This document shows, piece after piece, positions 38,225-47,759 of a DNA stretch of 64,000 bases. The first letter of the stretch is position 1. Every line of letters begins with the position of its first letter. Source of the DNA: Verrucomicrobiota bacterium (GTDB lineage Bacteria > Verrucomicrobiota > Verrucomicrobiia > Limisphaerales > AAA164-E04); the NCBI GenBank assembly GCA_047947115.1, contig CP170459.1:256001-320000 (forward strand), read 5' to 3'. The translations under genes were made by a program, and so were the position numbers. Under the pieces are notes generated by a model. The model did not search any database. It saw only the letters and a list, made by a program, of their open reading frames with translations, and was not told the DNA's origin.

Positions 38225-40183
38225 ATGCTCACACTCAGCAGTCTCAGTAAATCATTTGGTGAAAAAACGTTGTTTGACAACGTCAGTCTTCAGATCAACG
38301 AAGGAGATCGTATTGCCATCGTAGGACCCAATGGCGCGGGCAAAACAACCTTATTCTCGGTGCTGATGGGGACTTTGGAACCGGATCAGGGTCAAGTGCA
38401 GATGCAGAAGAACCGCACAATCGGCTACCTGCCCCAAGAAACAGCCGATGTACCGGACGAGTCTGTGCTGGAATTGGCGGTCAATATCCACCCGGAAATC
38501 CCCGCTCTGCGTCGCATGCTGTCCGCCGACTATGAAGGAGCCAACGAGGAACCTCCGCAGGATTCAGGTTCAGCCTATGCACGCTACGAAGAGCTCGGCG
38601 GGCACCTGCTTGAAGTCAAGGCCAAGAAAATTCTCAAAGGGCTTGGATTCAAGGAATCGGATTTTGATCGGTCACTGCAGACCCTCAGCGGCGGCTGGAT
38701 CATGCGAACCCATCTGGCCCGCCTGCTGGTCATGGAACCGGATCTGCTGATGCTGGACGAACCCACCAACCATCTGGACCTGCACTCGGTCCTGTGGTTC
38801 CAGCAATACCTGATGAACTATCCGGGAGCCATGCTGTTCATTTCCCACGACCGCGAGTTCCTGAATCGATTGGCCCAATGGACGGTCGAACTGCGAGGAG
38901 GTCACCTGACCCGATTTCGTGGCAATTACGACGATTATGTAAGATTAAAAGAAGAAGCCCTGGAACAACAACGATCCGCCTACAGAAACCAACAGCGCGA
39001 AATCGAAAAACTGGAGAGCTTCGTCAATCGATTCCGAGCCAAAGCCACCAAAGCCTCCCAGGCACAAAGCAAACTCAAGCAACTGGAAAAGATGGACCGG
39101 CTTGATGCTCCCGAGGAGGAGAAGAGCCATTTCAAATTCCAGTTCCCCCAACCCAAACGCAGCGGTCAACGGGTCATCCGCTTGGAAGACATTCACCACA
39201 GCTACGGAGATCTCACGGTTTACCAAGGGGTGGAATTTTCGGCGGATCGTGGTCAGCGCACCGTGCTGGTCGGCCCGAACGGAGCTGGCAAATCTACCCT
39301 GTTGAAGCTCCTGGCAAATGTGTTGCCCGTCCAAAAAGGCATCCGTGAACTCGGTCACGAAGTGGAAGTCGGTTACTTTTCTCAGCAACGTATCGAAGTC
39401 CTGCAACCGGAACGAACCTTGGTGGAGGAAGCATTGGACACCAAACAAGCCATCACGGAACAACACGCACGCACCGTGTTGGGCTCCTTTCTCTTTCGAG
39501 GTGATGATGTATTCAAAAAAGTCAAGGTGCTCAGCGGAGGGGAAAAATCCCGTTTGGCCCTGATCAAGCTCCTCCTCAATCCCCCCAACCTCCTGCTGAT
39601 GGACGAACCAACCACACACCTGGACATGGCGGGAATCGAGGCTCTGATCAATGCGCTCAGGCAATTCACCGGCACCCTGATCTTCATCAGCCATGACGTC
39701 CACTTTATCCGATCCATCGCCGAACATGTGGTCCACGTGGAACACGGTGCGCTACGCCATTATCACGGCAAGTACGACTACTATCTGAGTAAACGCGCCG
39801 AGGAAGAAGCCCGATTGAATGCGGCGGCCAACGATGGGGCAAGCACCGGTTCAGGATCAAGCACCGGCAACAACGCTGCTTCAGCGGGCAAAACCATTTC
39901 GTCCAAAGAACGCCGTCGTATAGAAGCCGAGGAGCGCAACCGGCGTTCCGCGCTCATCCGCAAACACCAGGCCAAGGTGGACGAGATTGAAAAGGAAATC
40001 GCCGGATTGGAGGAACGTCAAAACCTCCTCACCGAAGAACTTGAAAAACCTGAAACCTACCAAAACGGCCCCCGCATCGTGGAAATCAACCAGGAACTGA
40101 AACTGATTTCCGACACACTGGAGTCACACTGGAAAGAATGGGAAACAGCCCAGGAAGCCCTGGAAACCAGCAAAAACGCCTGA
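38225..40183 (+). CDS. ABC-F family ATPase (YheS/Uup-like)
   Basis: Two NBDs (GPNGAGKT, GPNGAGKS; LSGG; LDEPTNHLD, MDEPTTHLD), interdomain linker, C-terminal coiled coil, no TM segments. Confidence 0.93.
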   Translation: MLTLSSLSKSFGEKTLFDNVSLQINEGDRIAIVGPNGAGKTTLFSVLMGTLEPDQGQVQMQKNRTIGYLPQETADVPDESVLELAVNIHPEIPALRRMLSADYEGANEEPPQDSGSAYARYEELGGHLLEVKAKKILKGLGFKESDFDRSLQTLSGGWIMRTHLARLLVMEPDLLMLDEPTNHLDLHSVLWFQQYLMNYPGAMLFISHDREFLNRLAQWTVELRGGHLTRFRGNYDDYVRLKEEALEQQRSAYRNQQREIEKLESFVNRFRAKATKASQAQSKLKQLEKMDRLDAPEEEKSHFKFQFPQPKRSGQRVIRLEDIHHSYGDLTVYQGVEFSADRGQRTVLVGPNGAGKSTLLKLLANVLPVQKGIRELGHEVEVGYFSQQRIEVLQPERTLVEEALDTKQAITEQHARTVLGSFLFRGDDVFKKVKVLSGGEKSRLALIKLLLNPPNLLLMDEPTTHLDMAGIEALINALRQFTGTLIFISHDVHFIRSIAEHVVHVEHGALRHYHGKYDYYLSKRAEEEARLNAAANDGASTGSGSSTGNNAASAGKTISSKERRRIEAEERNRRSALIRKHQAKVDEIEKEIAGLEERQNLLTEELEKPETYQNGPRIVEINQELKLISDTLESHWKEWETAQEALETSKNA

Positions 40184-40216
40184 GAGCACCCTGACGCTAG
40201 TGCGTGGTGCGCTTTT

Positions 40217-40237
40217 AAATGGTGAATAGTGAATTAA
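40217..40237 (+). repeat. Solo heptamer array of the RAATAGT family
   Basis: AAATGGT GAATAGT GAATTAA. Confidence 0.55.
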
Positions 40238-40497
40238 AAGTAAGAACATAGGTAACACTTTAGGTAGAGCGTGGCGTCCCGGCGCGCACCCCTTGTGGCA
40301 TCCATGCCCTGCATCTCCTCCACCAAAGGAAACCCCCTGCACATGCAAGATCCACAACACACACATCCCCTGCGAATCTATAACCAACCATTTTGATCCA
40401 TATTACCCTTGTTTGCATTTGATGCCCTTGATCAAAAAAAATTGGCAATAGAAGGCAATCAAGCGATTGTATTCAGAACACCACACCCGAAACAGCC

Positions 40498-42630
40498 ATG
40501 AACCTCCCCGCATCGAAGACCGTCCCTTTGTTGACAACCTTGATCTTCACAGTGGCTCAGGGATGGTTCAATGCAGCCGCCCAAACCCCTGGACCACCTG
40601 GCTCATACGCCATCTACAAACAAACCTCTTCAAATAACCCGGCAGCAACACTGGTTAAACAACTCACCGTCCGCTGGGGGAATCGCATCGAATCCAATGA
40701 TCCAATCGGACAATGGCTGCAATTGGATGCTGAAAAATTCAATCAAGAACGATTCCATGTTTGGTTTCTGGTTCAAGCATATCCTTCAAAAGATGTTTGG
40801 AAGGCAGAATCAGACATCCTGCGTTATCTCCTGGCAGAAGGCGAATCGCCGCCACTTGAGTATACCCATCGATTTACCGGTGCCCCTGTTCTTCCCGCTC
40901 TCGGATTCTGGGAACATCAGCTCCCAAGGGCGGTGGACGCATCCCATGAAATGAAGGTGTTTCCTTCGGAAATCCAGTTTTTAGGACATCGGATGACACG
41001 GGTGGAATCTGGCCAATCCAACACTTTTACTGTTCCGGATCCCACCCGCCTGGAACTCCCCTGCGATCTTGAGATTGGAACCAAATACAGCAACCGAGAC
41101 CGACGTGAACCACGACGCTTTGACGGTGCACCGGTCGAATTGATCTCCTTCGAACCAGAGGACTACCCGGAACGATTCGCAGCCGGACAGACCATCTTCA
41201 ACGTTCCAGCGAACCATCTACACTTGGTGGAACGTCGCCCCGTTTTCTACATGTGTGGTGACATCGCAGCCATGCGATTCCCGGAATGCCTTTACCGAAG
41301 CAATTTTGTCGGACTGAACGCAGATTATCTGGACGAACCCGCGGCACGCACTTCGTTCGCGGCCCTGCGCCCGCAATTGGATATCAATCCAGATCTGCAA
41401 CGAAGCATCACCCCACAATCGGTAATTTCCACATTCACCAATGTTTTTCATGAAGCGGTTCATCAGGGAAGACCCACCTGGCTCGACCAAAGATTGCGAA
41501 CGAGGTCCGATGTGGACCCTGGCTCCATGCAGACCCTTCAATCCAACATGTGGTCATGGGAAGTAACGATCTCAACCGGGGCCTGGCAATTGCGTGCCGA
41601 ACCGAAAGAGCCGCCAGCCGCCATCGTTTATGAAAGTCGACTGAGTACCGGTCGCGACATGCCACGGTTCATCAGCCAGACGGGAGCTCAAATTCCGACA
41701 GACGATCAGCGTGCATTGTTGAACATTATCTTCGGCATGCTCCGGGGAACGGCCCGCGTGACACATAAAAAATGGGGTATGTCGGTTTATGGGCAACACG
41801 CGGTGGGTGAAATCCATCAAACCCTCACCCAAGCCTATGATCTGGGAGCCTCATACTTCCTTTTCTGGACAAGTGATCACGGACATCACATCCCCTATGA
41901 AGAGCAACTTCAGTATTCCCGATTCATCCATGACTACGCGGAAGCACATCCCGAGAGGGACATGGAACAGCTCAAGAACGCTGCCGAAACCCTCATCCTG
42001 TTTCCACCGGGTTACACCCTGTTGATCGGTCGGCCCATGTGGTGGTTGCCCGAACTGCATCTGGAACGCAAAAACCAATACGGTCTCACCTACCGAGCCA
42101 TCTATCAGCGCATCGGCGCGGAAATCGAACGCTGTTACAGACAAGGCATCACTTATGACTTGGCATGGGATCTCGATGGGCTGGATCTTTCGGGATACCG
42201 TGAAGTGATCCACATAGCGGAAACCGGAATCATCCGGGTGGAAAAAAGTGGATTTCTCTCTGAAACAAAAGCTCCGCGCACACCACTCCGCCCCCAAGGC
42301 GAGCCCCCCTTGCTCGAAGTGGAGCTGTCGACCGAAACCGGACACACCCCTTTGACCATCACTGCCACCGGACACATCAAACAAAACCTCGCGCCTGTTT
42401 ATTACACCCACAAACACGACGACCAGGGAACATGGCATAACACACAAATCATCTGGCAGCTTTATGGACCGGAGGAATGGGATTTTCAATACCTCGATCC
42501 GGTCACCGATTCAGATGTCCCCAGAACCACCTTCACTCTCGACAAACACGGCACCTACAAACTCCGTGCCTGCGCAGTCGATCGCGCAGGTAGATCAAAA
42601 GTCGTTTGGAAAAACATCCTGGCAGAGTAA
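40498..42630 (+). CDS. Secreted hypothetical protein, 710 aa
   Basis: Long ORF with a signal peptide ending AAA; C-terminal PKD/Ig-like segment; no family recognised. Confidence 0.75.
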   Translation: MNLPASKTVPLLTTLIFTVAQGWFNAAAQTPGPPGSYAIYKQTSSNNPAATLVKQLTVRWGNRIESNDPIGQWLQLDAEKFNQERFHVWFLVQAYPSKDVWKAESDILRYLLAEGESPPLEYTHRFTGAPVLPALGFWEHQLPRAVDASHEMKVFPSEIQFLGHRMTRVESGQSNTFTVPDPTRLELPCDLEIGTKYSNRDRREPRRFDGAPVELISFEPEDYPERFAAGQTIFNVPANHLHLVERRPVFYMCGDIAAMRFPECLYRSNFVGLNADYLDEPAARTSFAALRPQLDINPDLQRSITPQSVISTFTNVFHEAVHQGRPTWLDQRLRTRSDVDPGSMQTLQSNMWSWEVTISTGAWQLRAEPKEPPAAIVYESRLSTGRDMPRFISQTGAQIPTDDQRALLNIIFGMLRGTARVTHKKWGMSVYGQHAVGEIHQTLTQAYDLGASYFLFWTSDHGHHIPYEEQLQYSRFIHDYAEAHPERDMEQLKNAAETLILFPPGYTLLIGRPMWWLPELHLERKNQYGLTYRAIYQRIGAEIERCYRQGITYDLAWDLDGLDLSGYREVIHIAETGIIRVEKSGFLSETKAPRTPLRPQGEPPLLEVELSTETGHTPLTITATGHIKQNLAPVYYTHKHDDQGTWHNTQIIWQLYGPEEWDFQYLDPVTDSDVPRTTFTLDKHGTYKLRACAVDRAGRSKVVWKNILAE

Positions 42631-42636
42631 AATTTG

Positions 42637-42730
42637 GCAGGGCCACGCTGCCGCGTGGCCGCAAGCGAGCGAAACAGGTTCGAAATCCTGGAGCGTTGAG
42701 CGGACGCGATGGTGAACACCTCGCCCCAAC
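42637..42730. repeat. Degenerate GTAG-type REP pair
   Basis: GCAG-GGCCACGC-TGCC-GCGTGGCC with a decayed inverted partner ending ...CGCCCCAAC; same architecture as the REPs at 47506-47728. Confidence 0.6.
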
Positions 42731-42817
42731 AATTCAAAAGAATCCTGATCAGTAAAACCTGCGTAAATCCATGCAATCTATTGGATTCCACCCAATGTCG
42801 GTGCGATTCGAAAAGAA

Positions 42818-43537
42818 TTACAAAGCAATCTTCCCGTCCAACAGATGCAAGGTGCGATCTGTCTGTTCAGCCATGTGTCGATCATGGGTGGCCATGATGA
42901 GTGTCAGGCGACACTCGGCCTTGAGTTTCAGAAGCAGATCCATTATTTCGGATCCGGTTTCCGAATCCAGATTGCCCGTAGGTTCATCCGCAAGCAACAA
43001 AGTTGGATTGTTGATCAAAGCTCGTGCTATGGCAACACGCTGTTGTTCACCACCTGACAATTCGTATGGACGATGATCCAGGCGTTTGGACAGGCCTACC
43101 CGCTCCAACCATTCCTGTGCCTTCGCTTCGACCTCCTTGACCGGTCTGCGGGAAATCCGAGCAGGCAAAGCCACATTTTCGAGGGCATCAAGTTCGGGAA
43201 ACAAATGATAAGCCTGAAAGACAAAGCCAACCGAACGATTCCGAAACCGGGACAAGGCCAATCCCCCCATCTGTGTCAGATAATTTCCGTCCACTTCCAA
43301 ACCACCCGCGTCCGGGCGATCCAATCCACCCAGCAGGTGCAGCAAGGTGCTTTTACCGGATCCCGATGCTCCAACGATGCTTAAAAACTCCCCCTGCCCT
43401 ACTTCCATATCCACACCATGGAGAACCTCGATTTTTTTGCGTCCGATGGTGTAACATTTCGTCAAACCTACCGCTCGCAAGATGGTCTTTTCAAAAGAAG
43501 CAGTCGCGTTATTGTCATTGGTAAGAACATCACTCAT
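42818..43537 (-). CDS. lolD: Lipoprotein-releasing ABC transporter ATPase LolD
   Basis: GASGSGKST, GFVFQ-YHL, LSGGEQQR, ADEPTGNLD; overlaps the lolC/E stop codon. Confidence 0.85.
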   Translation of the reverse strand: MSDVLTNDNNATASFEKTILRAVGLTKCYTIGRKKIEVLHGVDMEVGQGEFLSIVGASGSGKSTLLHLLGGLDRPDAGGLEVDGNYLTQMGGLALSRFRNRSVGFVFQAYHLFPELDALENVALPARISRRPVKEVEAKAQEWLERVGLSKRLDHRPYELSGGEQQRVAIARALINNPTLLLADEPTGNLDSETGSEIMDLLLKLKAECRLTLIMATHDRHMAEQTDRTLHLLDGKIAL

Positions 43538-44813
43538 GCCGCAAAGCCTCCACTGGACGCAGTCGTCCGGCATTAATGGCAGGGAACACGCCGGCCAGAA
43601 TACAAATTATCAGACTTCCCCCGCAAATGATCCAAAGATCCGAAGGCACGATCATCGCAGGCAATTCCGCGAATCCGTAAATATCCTTCGGAAACAGGGA
43701 AAACTTGAATGTGTTGTTCATGAATACCAGAAACTCATTGCGATACTTGACTGCCTGAATCCCAAGCGCCAGACCGATGGACACCCCGAACAATCCAACA
43801 AACACACTCTGACTCATGAACACCCACACCACCTGACGAGATGAAGCTCCCAGGGCTTTCAGCATGCCTATCTCGCGCGTCTTTTGAACAACAAACGTGA
43901 TCATCGAACTGGTGATTCCAAATGCCGCCACCAACACAATGAAAAACAGCAGGAAACGGATCATGTTCTTCTCCACCACCAACGCGTTCAAAATGGTTTC
44001 GTTGCGTTCCAGCCAAGTCGAAACCCGAAATGCCGGTCCCAGTTTTTCCTGAAGAGAGGCCTCCACAACCGGGGCCAGTTCTGGGTCATCAAACATGATG
44101 TGCAATCCATGCGCTTCATCCTTAAGACTGAATAAATCCTGTGCATTGAAGAGCGAACAAACCATGCCATTCGCGTTGTAATCGTAGTAACCGATATCAA
44201 AAATACCCTCCACCACGTAATCATCCGCCAGGGGAGCGGACTGACGTTCGGAGGCATCCTGTTTGAGAACTTCACGCACCTCCCGCAACAATCGAATCGA
44301 ATAAACCGCCACAGGATCCCCGATTTGCAATCCAAGACGCTTGGCGAGTTCGCTTCCTATCAACACGCCGTTGCCATCGATGGCATCGAACGTTCCGGCG
44401 ATCAGACTATCCTTGATTTCGCTCACCTCTCCGGATGTCTCAGAATCAACCCCGCGTATAAACGGAGCCGCAATTTCCGAATACCTACCGCCATGCTGGG
44501 TTTCAATGACGATGGGGCCTTCGATGTAGGGAGAAACACCTTTGACGTGCGGTTGCTTTCGAACAAAATCCGCCACCTGACGATAGTCCAGCATGGCACC
44601 ACCCAGTGGACGCACCACCATATGCGATTCGAATCCAATGATCCGATTACGCAATTCGAGATCGAATCCGGTCATCACACTGATCACAATGATCAACACC
44701 GCCACCCCCAGTACCACGCCAATGATGGATATCAACGTGATGATGGATACAAACGTCCGTTTGGGACGCAAGTATCTTAACGCAAACAACAATTCAAAAG
44801 GCAACCGATTCAT
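43530..44813 (-). CDS. lolC: Lipoprotein-releasing ABC transporter permease LolC/E
   Basis: ALRYLR, GVAVLIIVISVMTGF, VAAFGI, KTREIGMLKALGA, P-EALRHE. Confidence 0.85.
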   Translation of the reverse strand: MNRLPFELLFALRYLRPKRTFVSIITLISIIGVVLGVAVLIIVISVMTGFDLELRNRIIGFESHMVVRPLGGAMLDYRQVADFVRKQPHVKGVSPYIEGPIVIETQHGGRYSEIAAPFIRGVDSETSGEVSEIKDSLIAGTFDAIDGNGVLIGSELAKRLGLQIGDPVAVYSIRLLREVREVLKQDASERQSAPLADDYVVEGIFDIGYYDYNANGMVCSLFNAQDLFSLKDEAHGLHIMFDDPELAPVVEASLQEKLGPAFRVSTWLERNETILNALVVEKNMIRFLLFFIVLVAAFGITSSMITFVVQKTREIGMLKALGASSRQVVWVFMSQSVFVGLFGVSIGLALGIQAVKYRNEFLVFMNNTFKFSLFPKDIYGFAELPAMIVPSDLWIICGGSLIICILAGVFPAINAGRLRPVEALRHE

Positions 44814-44931
44814 GACCTCGTCCCGCCAAGATAAACGCCCAGAACAAACATAAGCAAGCAATTGCTCCACAACCCGATTTCAAACCCTCAGAAGGGCGAG
44901 TTCCACCTCACTCACACTTCAAACCACAAGG

Positions 44932-45096
44932 CTCCCGAGAGCCGTTACGTGTGCAATAGAGACGCCAAAGTTCACCCAGTCGAAAAAGAAGTTATTGCCG
45001 CAAATTCCCAATCGGCAATCGCAAAGCATCGCAATAACTCGGCTGATTGGTTGGTGCTTGTATATGTTTGCCGACCGAGCCGGCCACCTCCGGGGG
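44932..45096 (+). ncRNA. Candidate 6S-like RNA (long irregular hairpin)
   Basis: Nested pairings CTCCCG-GAG/CTC-CGGGGG, ACGTGTGCAA/TTGTATATGT, CGCCAA/TTGGTG, CAGTCGA/TCGGCTG, AGTTATTGC/GCAATAACT; many G-U pairs favour the + strand. Confidence 0.45.
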
Positions 45097-45117
45097 AAGG
45101 CAGCTGCCTGCATAGGA

Positions 45118-45696
45118 TCAGTCTTCGGAAGCCTCAACTTTCTTCAAATGTTGGAGCGTCTCCCCAAGGAGCCAACGAGTATCGATGGTTGCTTGGAGGT
45201 GTTTGGAAAAGTAAAAACACGTGAGGCTAACCAGGGCGGCCATGAGAGCATTGGTTTCCAACCTGCCATCTGCAAGCAGCACAAGAAAAACCAATGAAAA
45301 CAATATGCCGGCGACCAAAAACACCTTCACCCATATGGAATGTCTGGGGAACGGGTTCACGTAGGTCGGGTTGATTTTACTGGGTTTCCTGGGCTTTAAA
45401 CCTTCCGTTTTTTCATCTTTCACCCAGACTTCGGTAACGTCGCTGACGCCTTCGGTAAATGAAGCTCCAATTTTCCGATCGTTTCCGAGTTTTAACGGAG
45501 TGGTGTAGGTATGTTCGCCACGTTGAAAAGTGATCGGTATTTCCGCTTCTTCAGACGAGGCGATCAACTGTTTGAGGTGATCGATGGACTTAACCTTCTG
45601 CCCCCCCAACTCCAACAAGCGGTCACCAGGAAACAACCCGGCACGAAATGCCGGCGAACCATACTTTGTATTCTGCACTGTTGGAATGGTATCCAT
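45118..45696 (-). CDS. PDZ-domain membrane protein
   Basis: GSPA-RAGL-PGD-L--LGG motif plus two C-terminal TM segments. Confidence 0.7.
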   Translation of the reverse strand: MDTIPTVQNTKYGSPAFRAGLFPGDRLLELGGQKVKSIDHLKQLIASSEEAEIPITFQRGEHTYTTPLKLGNDRKIGASFTEGVSDVTEVWVKDEKTEGLKPRKPSKINPTYVNPFPRHSIWVKVFLVAGILFSLVFLVLLADGRLETNALMAALVSLTCFYFSKHLQATIDTRWLLGETLQHLKKVEASED

Positions 45697-45743
45697 GATC
45701 AATCATCAACCCTGACGGCATTCAATGTCTCTTGCCTCAAAAA

Positions 45744-45770
45744 CATCCTGTGCATCCTGTTCATCCTGTC
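45744..45770 (+). repeat. 9-mer tandem array
   Basis: CATCCTGTG CATCCTGTT CATCCTGTC. Confidence 0.75.
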
Positions 45771-45845
45771 AAAAAAAATCCACATTAAACTCCCAAAAGC
45801 TTCAGGAGTTGCATTTCCCCATTGATAAGTCATGGTGAACGGATA

Positions 45846-47465
45846 ATGAGGAACGAAGATAAGAAAAAAGACGTCCCAAGCCCGGAGGAATTCCAGAAAC
45901 AGCTTTCGGACTTCATGAAGCAGAATTTTTCGGGGTTCAGTTTCCCCGGGTTCGGGGCATCCCCCGGCAGCGCCCCACAAGCTACCCCATTGGAACCGGA
46001 GGCAAAGGAGCGTTCCATCGACGATTTGATGGAGTTCGACTACCGCCCCAAGGACGTCAAAGCTTATCTGGATCGATTTGTCATCCAGCAGGAAGAGGCA
46101 AAAAAGGTGCTCAGCGTGGCCTTGTGCGATCATTACCACCACGTGCGACTGGCCTTGGAAGGCAAGGAAGCGCCGAACTATGCCAAACAAAACATCATCC
46201 TCGCAGGCCCGACAGGTGTCGGAAAAACCTACCTCATCCGAAGCGTGGCCGACTTGATCGGTGTACCGTTCGTCAAAGCCGACGCCACGAAATTTTCAGA
46301 AACAGGTTATGTGGGTTCGGACGTGGAGGATTTGATCCGGGAACTGTATCGACGTTCGGACAATGACATCCAACGGGCACAGTTCGGCATTGTTTACCTC
46401 GACGAAGTGGACAAGATCGCCATGTCACAAAACGCATCCGGATCCAGGGATGTCAGCGGGCGCGGGGTACAGACCAATTTGCTGAAATTGATGGAGGAAA
46501 CGGAAGTGTCCATCCGCTCACCACAGGATGTGGCTGGTCAAATCCAGGCCATGATGGAGGCACAACGAGGCAAGAAATCAGCCTCGACCATCAACACCAA
46601 ACACGTGCTGTTCATCGTCAGCGGCGCGTTCGATGGATTGGAACCCATCATTCGACGTCGCATGAGCGAAAGCACCATTGGATTCGCCACTTCAAGGAAT
46701 GATCAATTGACTTCAGATGATGTTCTGGAAAGCGTTCAGACCAAGGACCTGATCGAATTCGGCTTCGAACCCGAATTTGTCGGACGACTTCCCGTTCGGG
46801 TTGTCTGCAAATCGTTGGGCGTGGACGACCTTTTCCACATTCTTCAGACATCCGAAGGAAGCATCATCCGCCAGTATGAGCAGGATTTCGCCGCCTATGG
46901 TATCGACATCTTGTTCAAACCGGACGGACTAAGGCGCGTGGCCGAGATTGCTGTCGAAGAAAAAACCGGCGCCCGCGGATTGATGACCGTGTGTGAAAGG
47001 GTGTTCAGAAATTTCAAATACGAACTCCCCAGTTCTGACGTCAAACGATTCGAGGTCACGCGCGAAGTGGTGGACTGTCCAGCCGAGGAATTAAAAAAGC
47101 TATTGGCAGACCAATCGAAAAAAGAGCGGGAGGTGGCCAGCAAGATACTGGACGAATTCACCACGCGATTTGAAGAATCGCACGGTATTCGCATGGAAGT
47201 AAGCGAGGAGGCTAGAACCTACCTGATTGATCTCTCCATCGAAGGCGGTCAATCCATGCGGGACATCTGGGTGGACCGATTCAAGGACTATCAATTCGGT
47301 CTCAAACTCATTGCCCAAAATACGGGAGTCAAAACTTTCGAAATCGACAAGGCAGCAGCTGAAAATCCGGACAAAAAACTCAGCGACTGGGTCGTTGCCA
47401 GCTACAAGGAAAAAGAAGCAAAGGAAGCGTCGGAAGATGCATCTGAGGAATTGCCTTCCGAGTAG
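45846..47465 (+). CDS. clpX: ClpX-like AAA+ unfoldase with no N-terminal zinc-binding domain and a C-terminal extension
   Basis: GPTGVGKT, DAT-FSETGYVG-DVE, LDEVDKI, RDVSG-GVQ--LLK, IGF loop, PEFVGRLP, TGARGL. Confidence 0.8.
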   Translation: MRNEDKKKDVPSPEEFQKQLSDFMKQNFSGFSFPGFGASPGSAPQATPLEPEAKERSIDDLMEFDYRPKDVKAYLDRFVIQQEEAKKVLSVALCDHYHHVRLALEGKEAPNYAKQNIILAGPTGVGKTYLIRSVADLIGVPFVKADATKFSETGYVGSDVEDLIRELYRRSDNDIQRAQFGIVYLDEVDKIAMSQNASGSRDVSGRGVQTNLLKLMEETEVSIRSPQDVAGQIQAMMEAQRGKKSASTINTKHVLFIVSGAFDGLEPIIRRRMSESTIGFATSRNDQLTSDDVLESVQTKDLIEFGFEPEFVGRLPVRVVCKSLGVDDLFHILQTSEGSIIRQYEQDFAAYGIDILFKPDGLRRVAEIAVEEKTGARGLMTVCERVFRNFKYELPSSDVKRFEVTREVVDCPAEELKKLLADQSKKEREVASKILDEFTTRFEESHGIRMEVSEEARTYLIDLSIEGGQSMRDIWVDRFKDYQFGLKLIAQNTGVKTFEIDKAAAENPDKKLSDWVVASYKEKEAKEASEDASEELPSE

Positions 47466-47505
47466 CCTAATACATGGAAGGAATGTCCCCTCAATCATAC
47501 GACTG

Positions 47506-47728
47506 ATAGGGACGAGCTGCTGCTCGTCCGGTGACGTCTCCGTACTACGCAACAAACACTCGAACACCCTTACGCGCTCGCGGCCCTGCGGCAGCAGGGC
47601 CCTACCATGGAAGCCAGTCCTTGGGCTGGTAGGGATGAGCTGCTGCTCGTCCGGTGGCGTCTCCGTACTACGCAACAAACACTCGAACACCCTTACGCGC
47701 TCGCGGCCCTGCGGCAGCAGGGCCCTAC
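47506..47728. repeat. Two tandem REPIN-like units (123-bp period), each an inverted pair of GTAG-type REPs
   Basis: Unit: (G/A)TAG-GGA(C/T)GAGC-TGCT-GCTCGTCC, spacer, GGCCCTGC-GGCA-GCAGGGCC-CTAC; copies at 47506-47605 and 47629-47728 are nearly identical. Confidence 0.85.
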
Positions 47729-47759
47729 CGTAGGCAAAAGACCAAAGGCTGACAGGACT

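Noticed and set aside
42677..42692. tRNA fragment or att site (GGTTCGAAATCC)
   Set aside because: No acceptor, D or anticodon arms; no extended identity to the tRNA-Gln 3' end; no integrase in the window.
44938..44975. Group II intron domain V (GAGCCG...)
   Set aside because: No complementary CGGTTC-type 3' arm or GNRA-capped 34-nt hairpin, and no reverse transcriptase nearby.
47506..47728. CRISPR array
   Set aside because: Only two units; the 'spacers' are nearly identical rather than unique; GTAG-REP architecture; no cas genes in the window.
47100..47733. ORFs with an internal peptide duplication
   Set aside because: The duplication is only the translation of the 123-bp tandem REP units.
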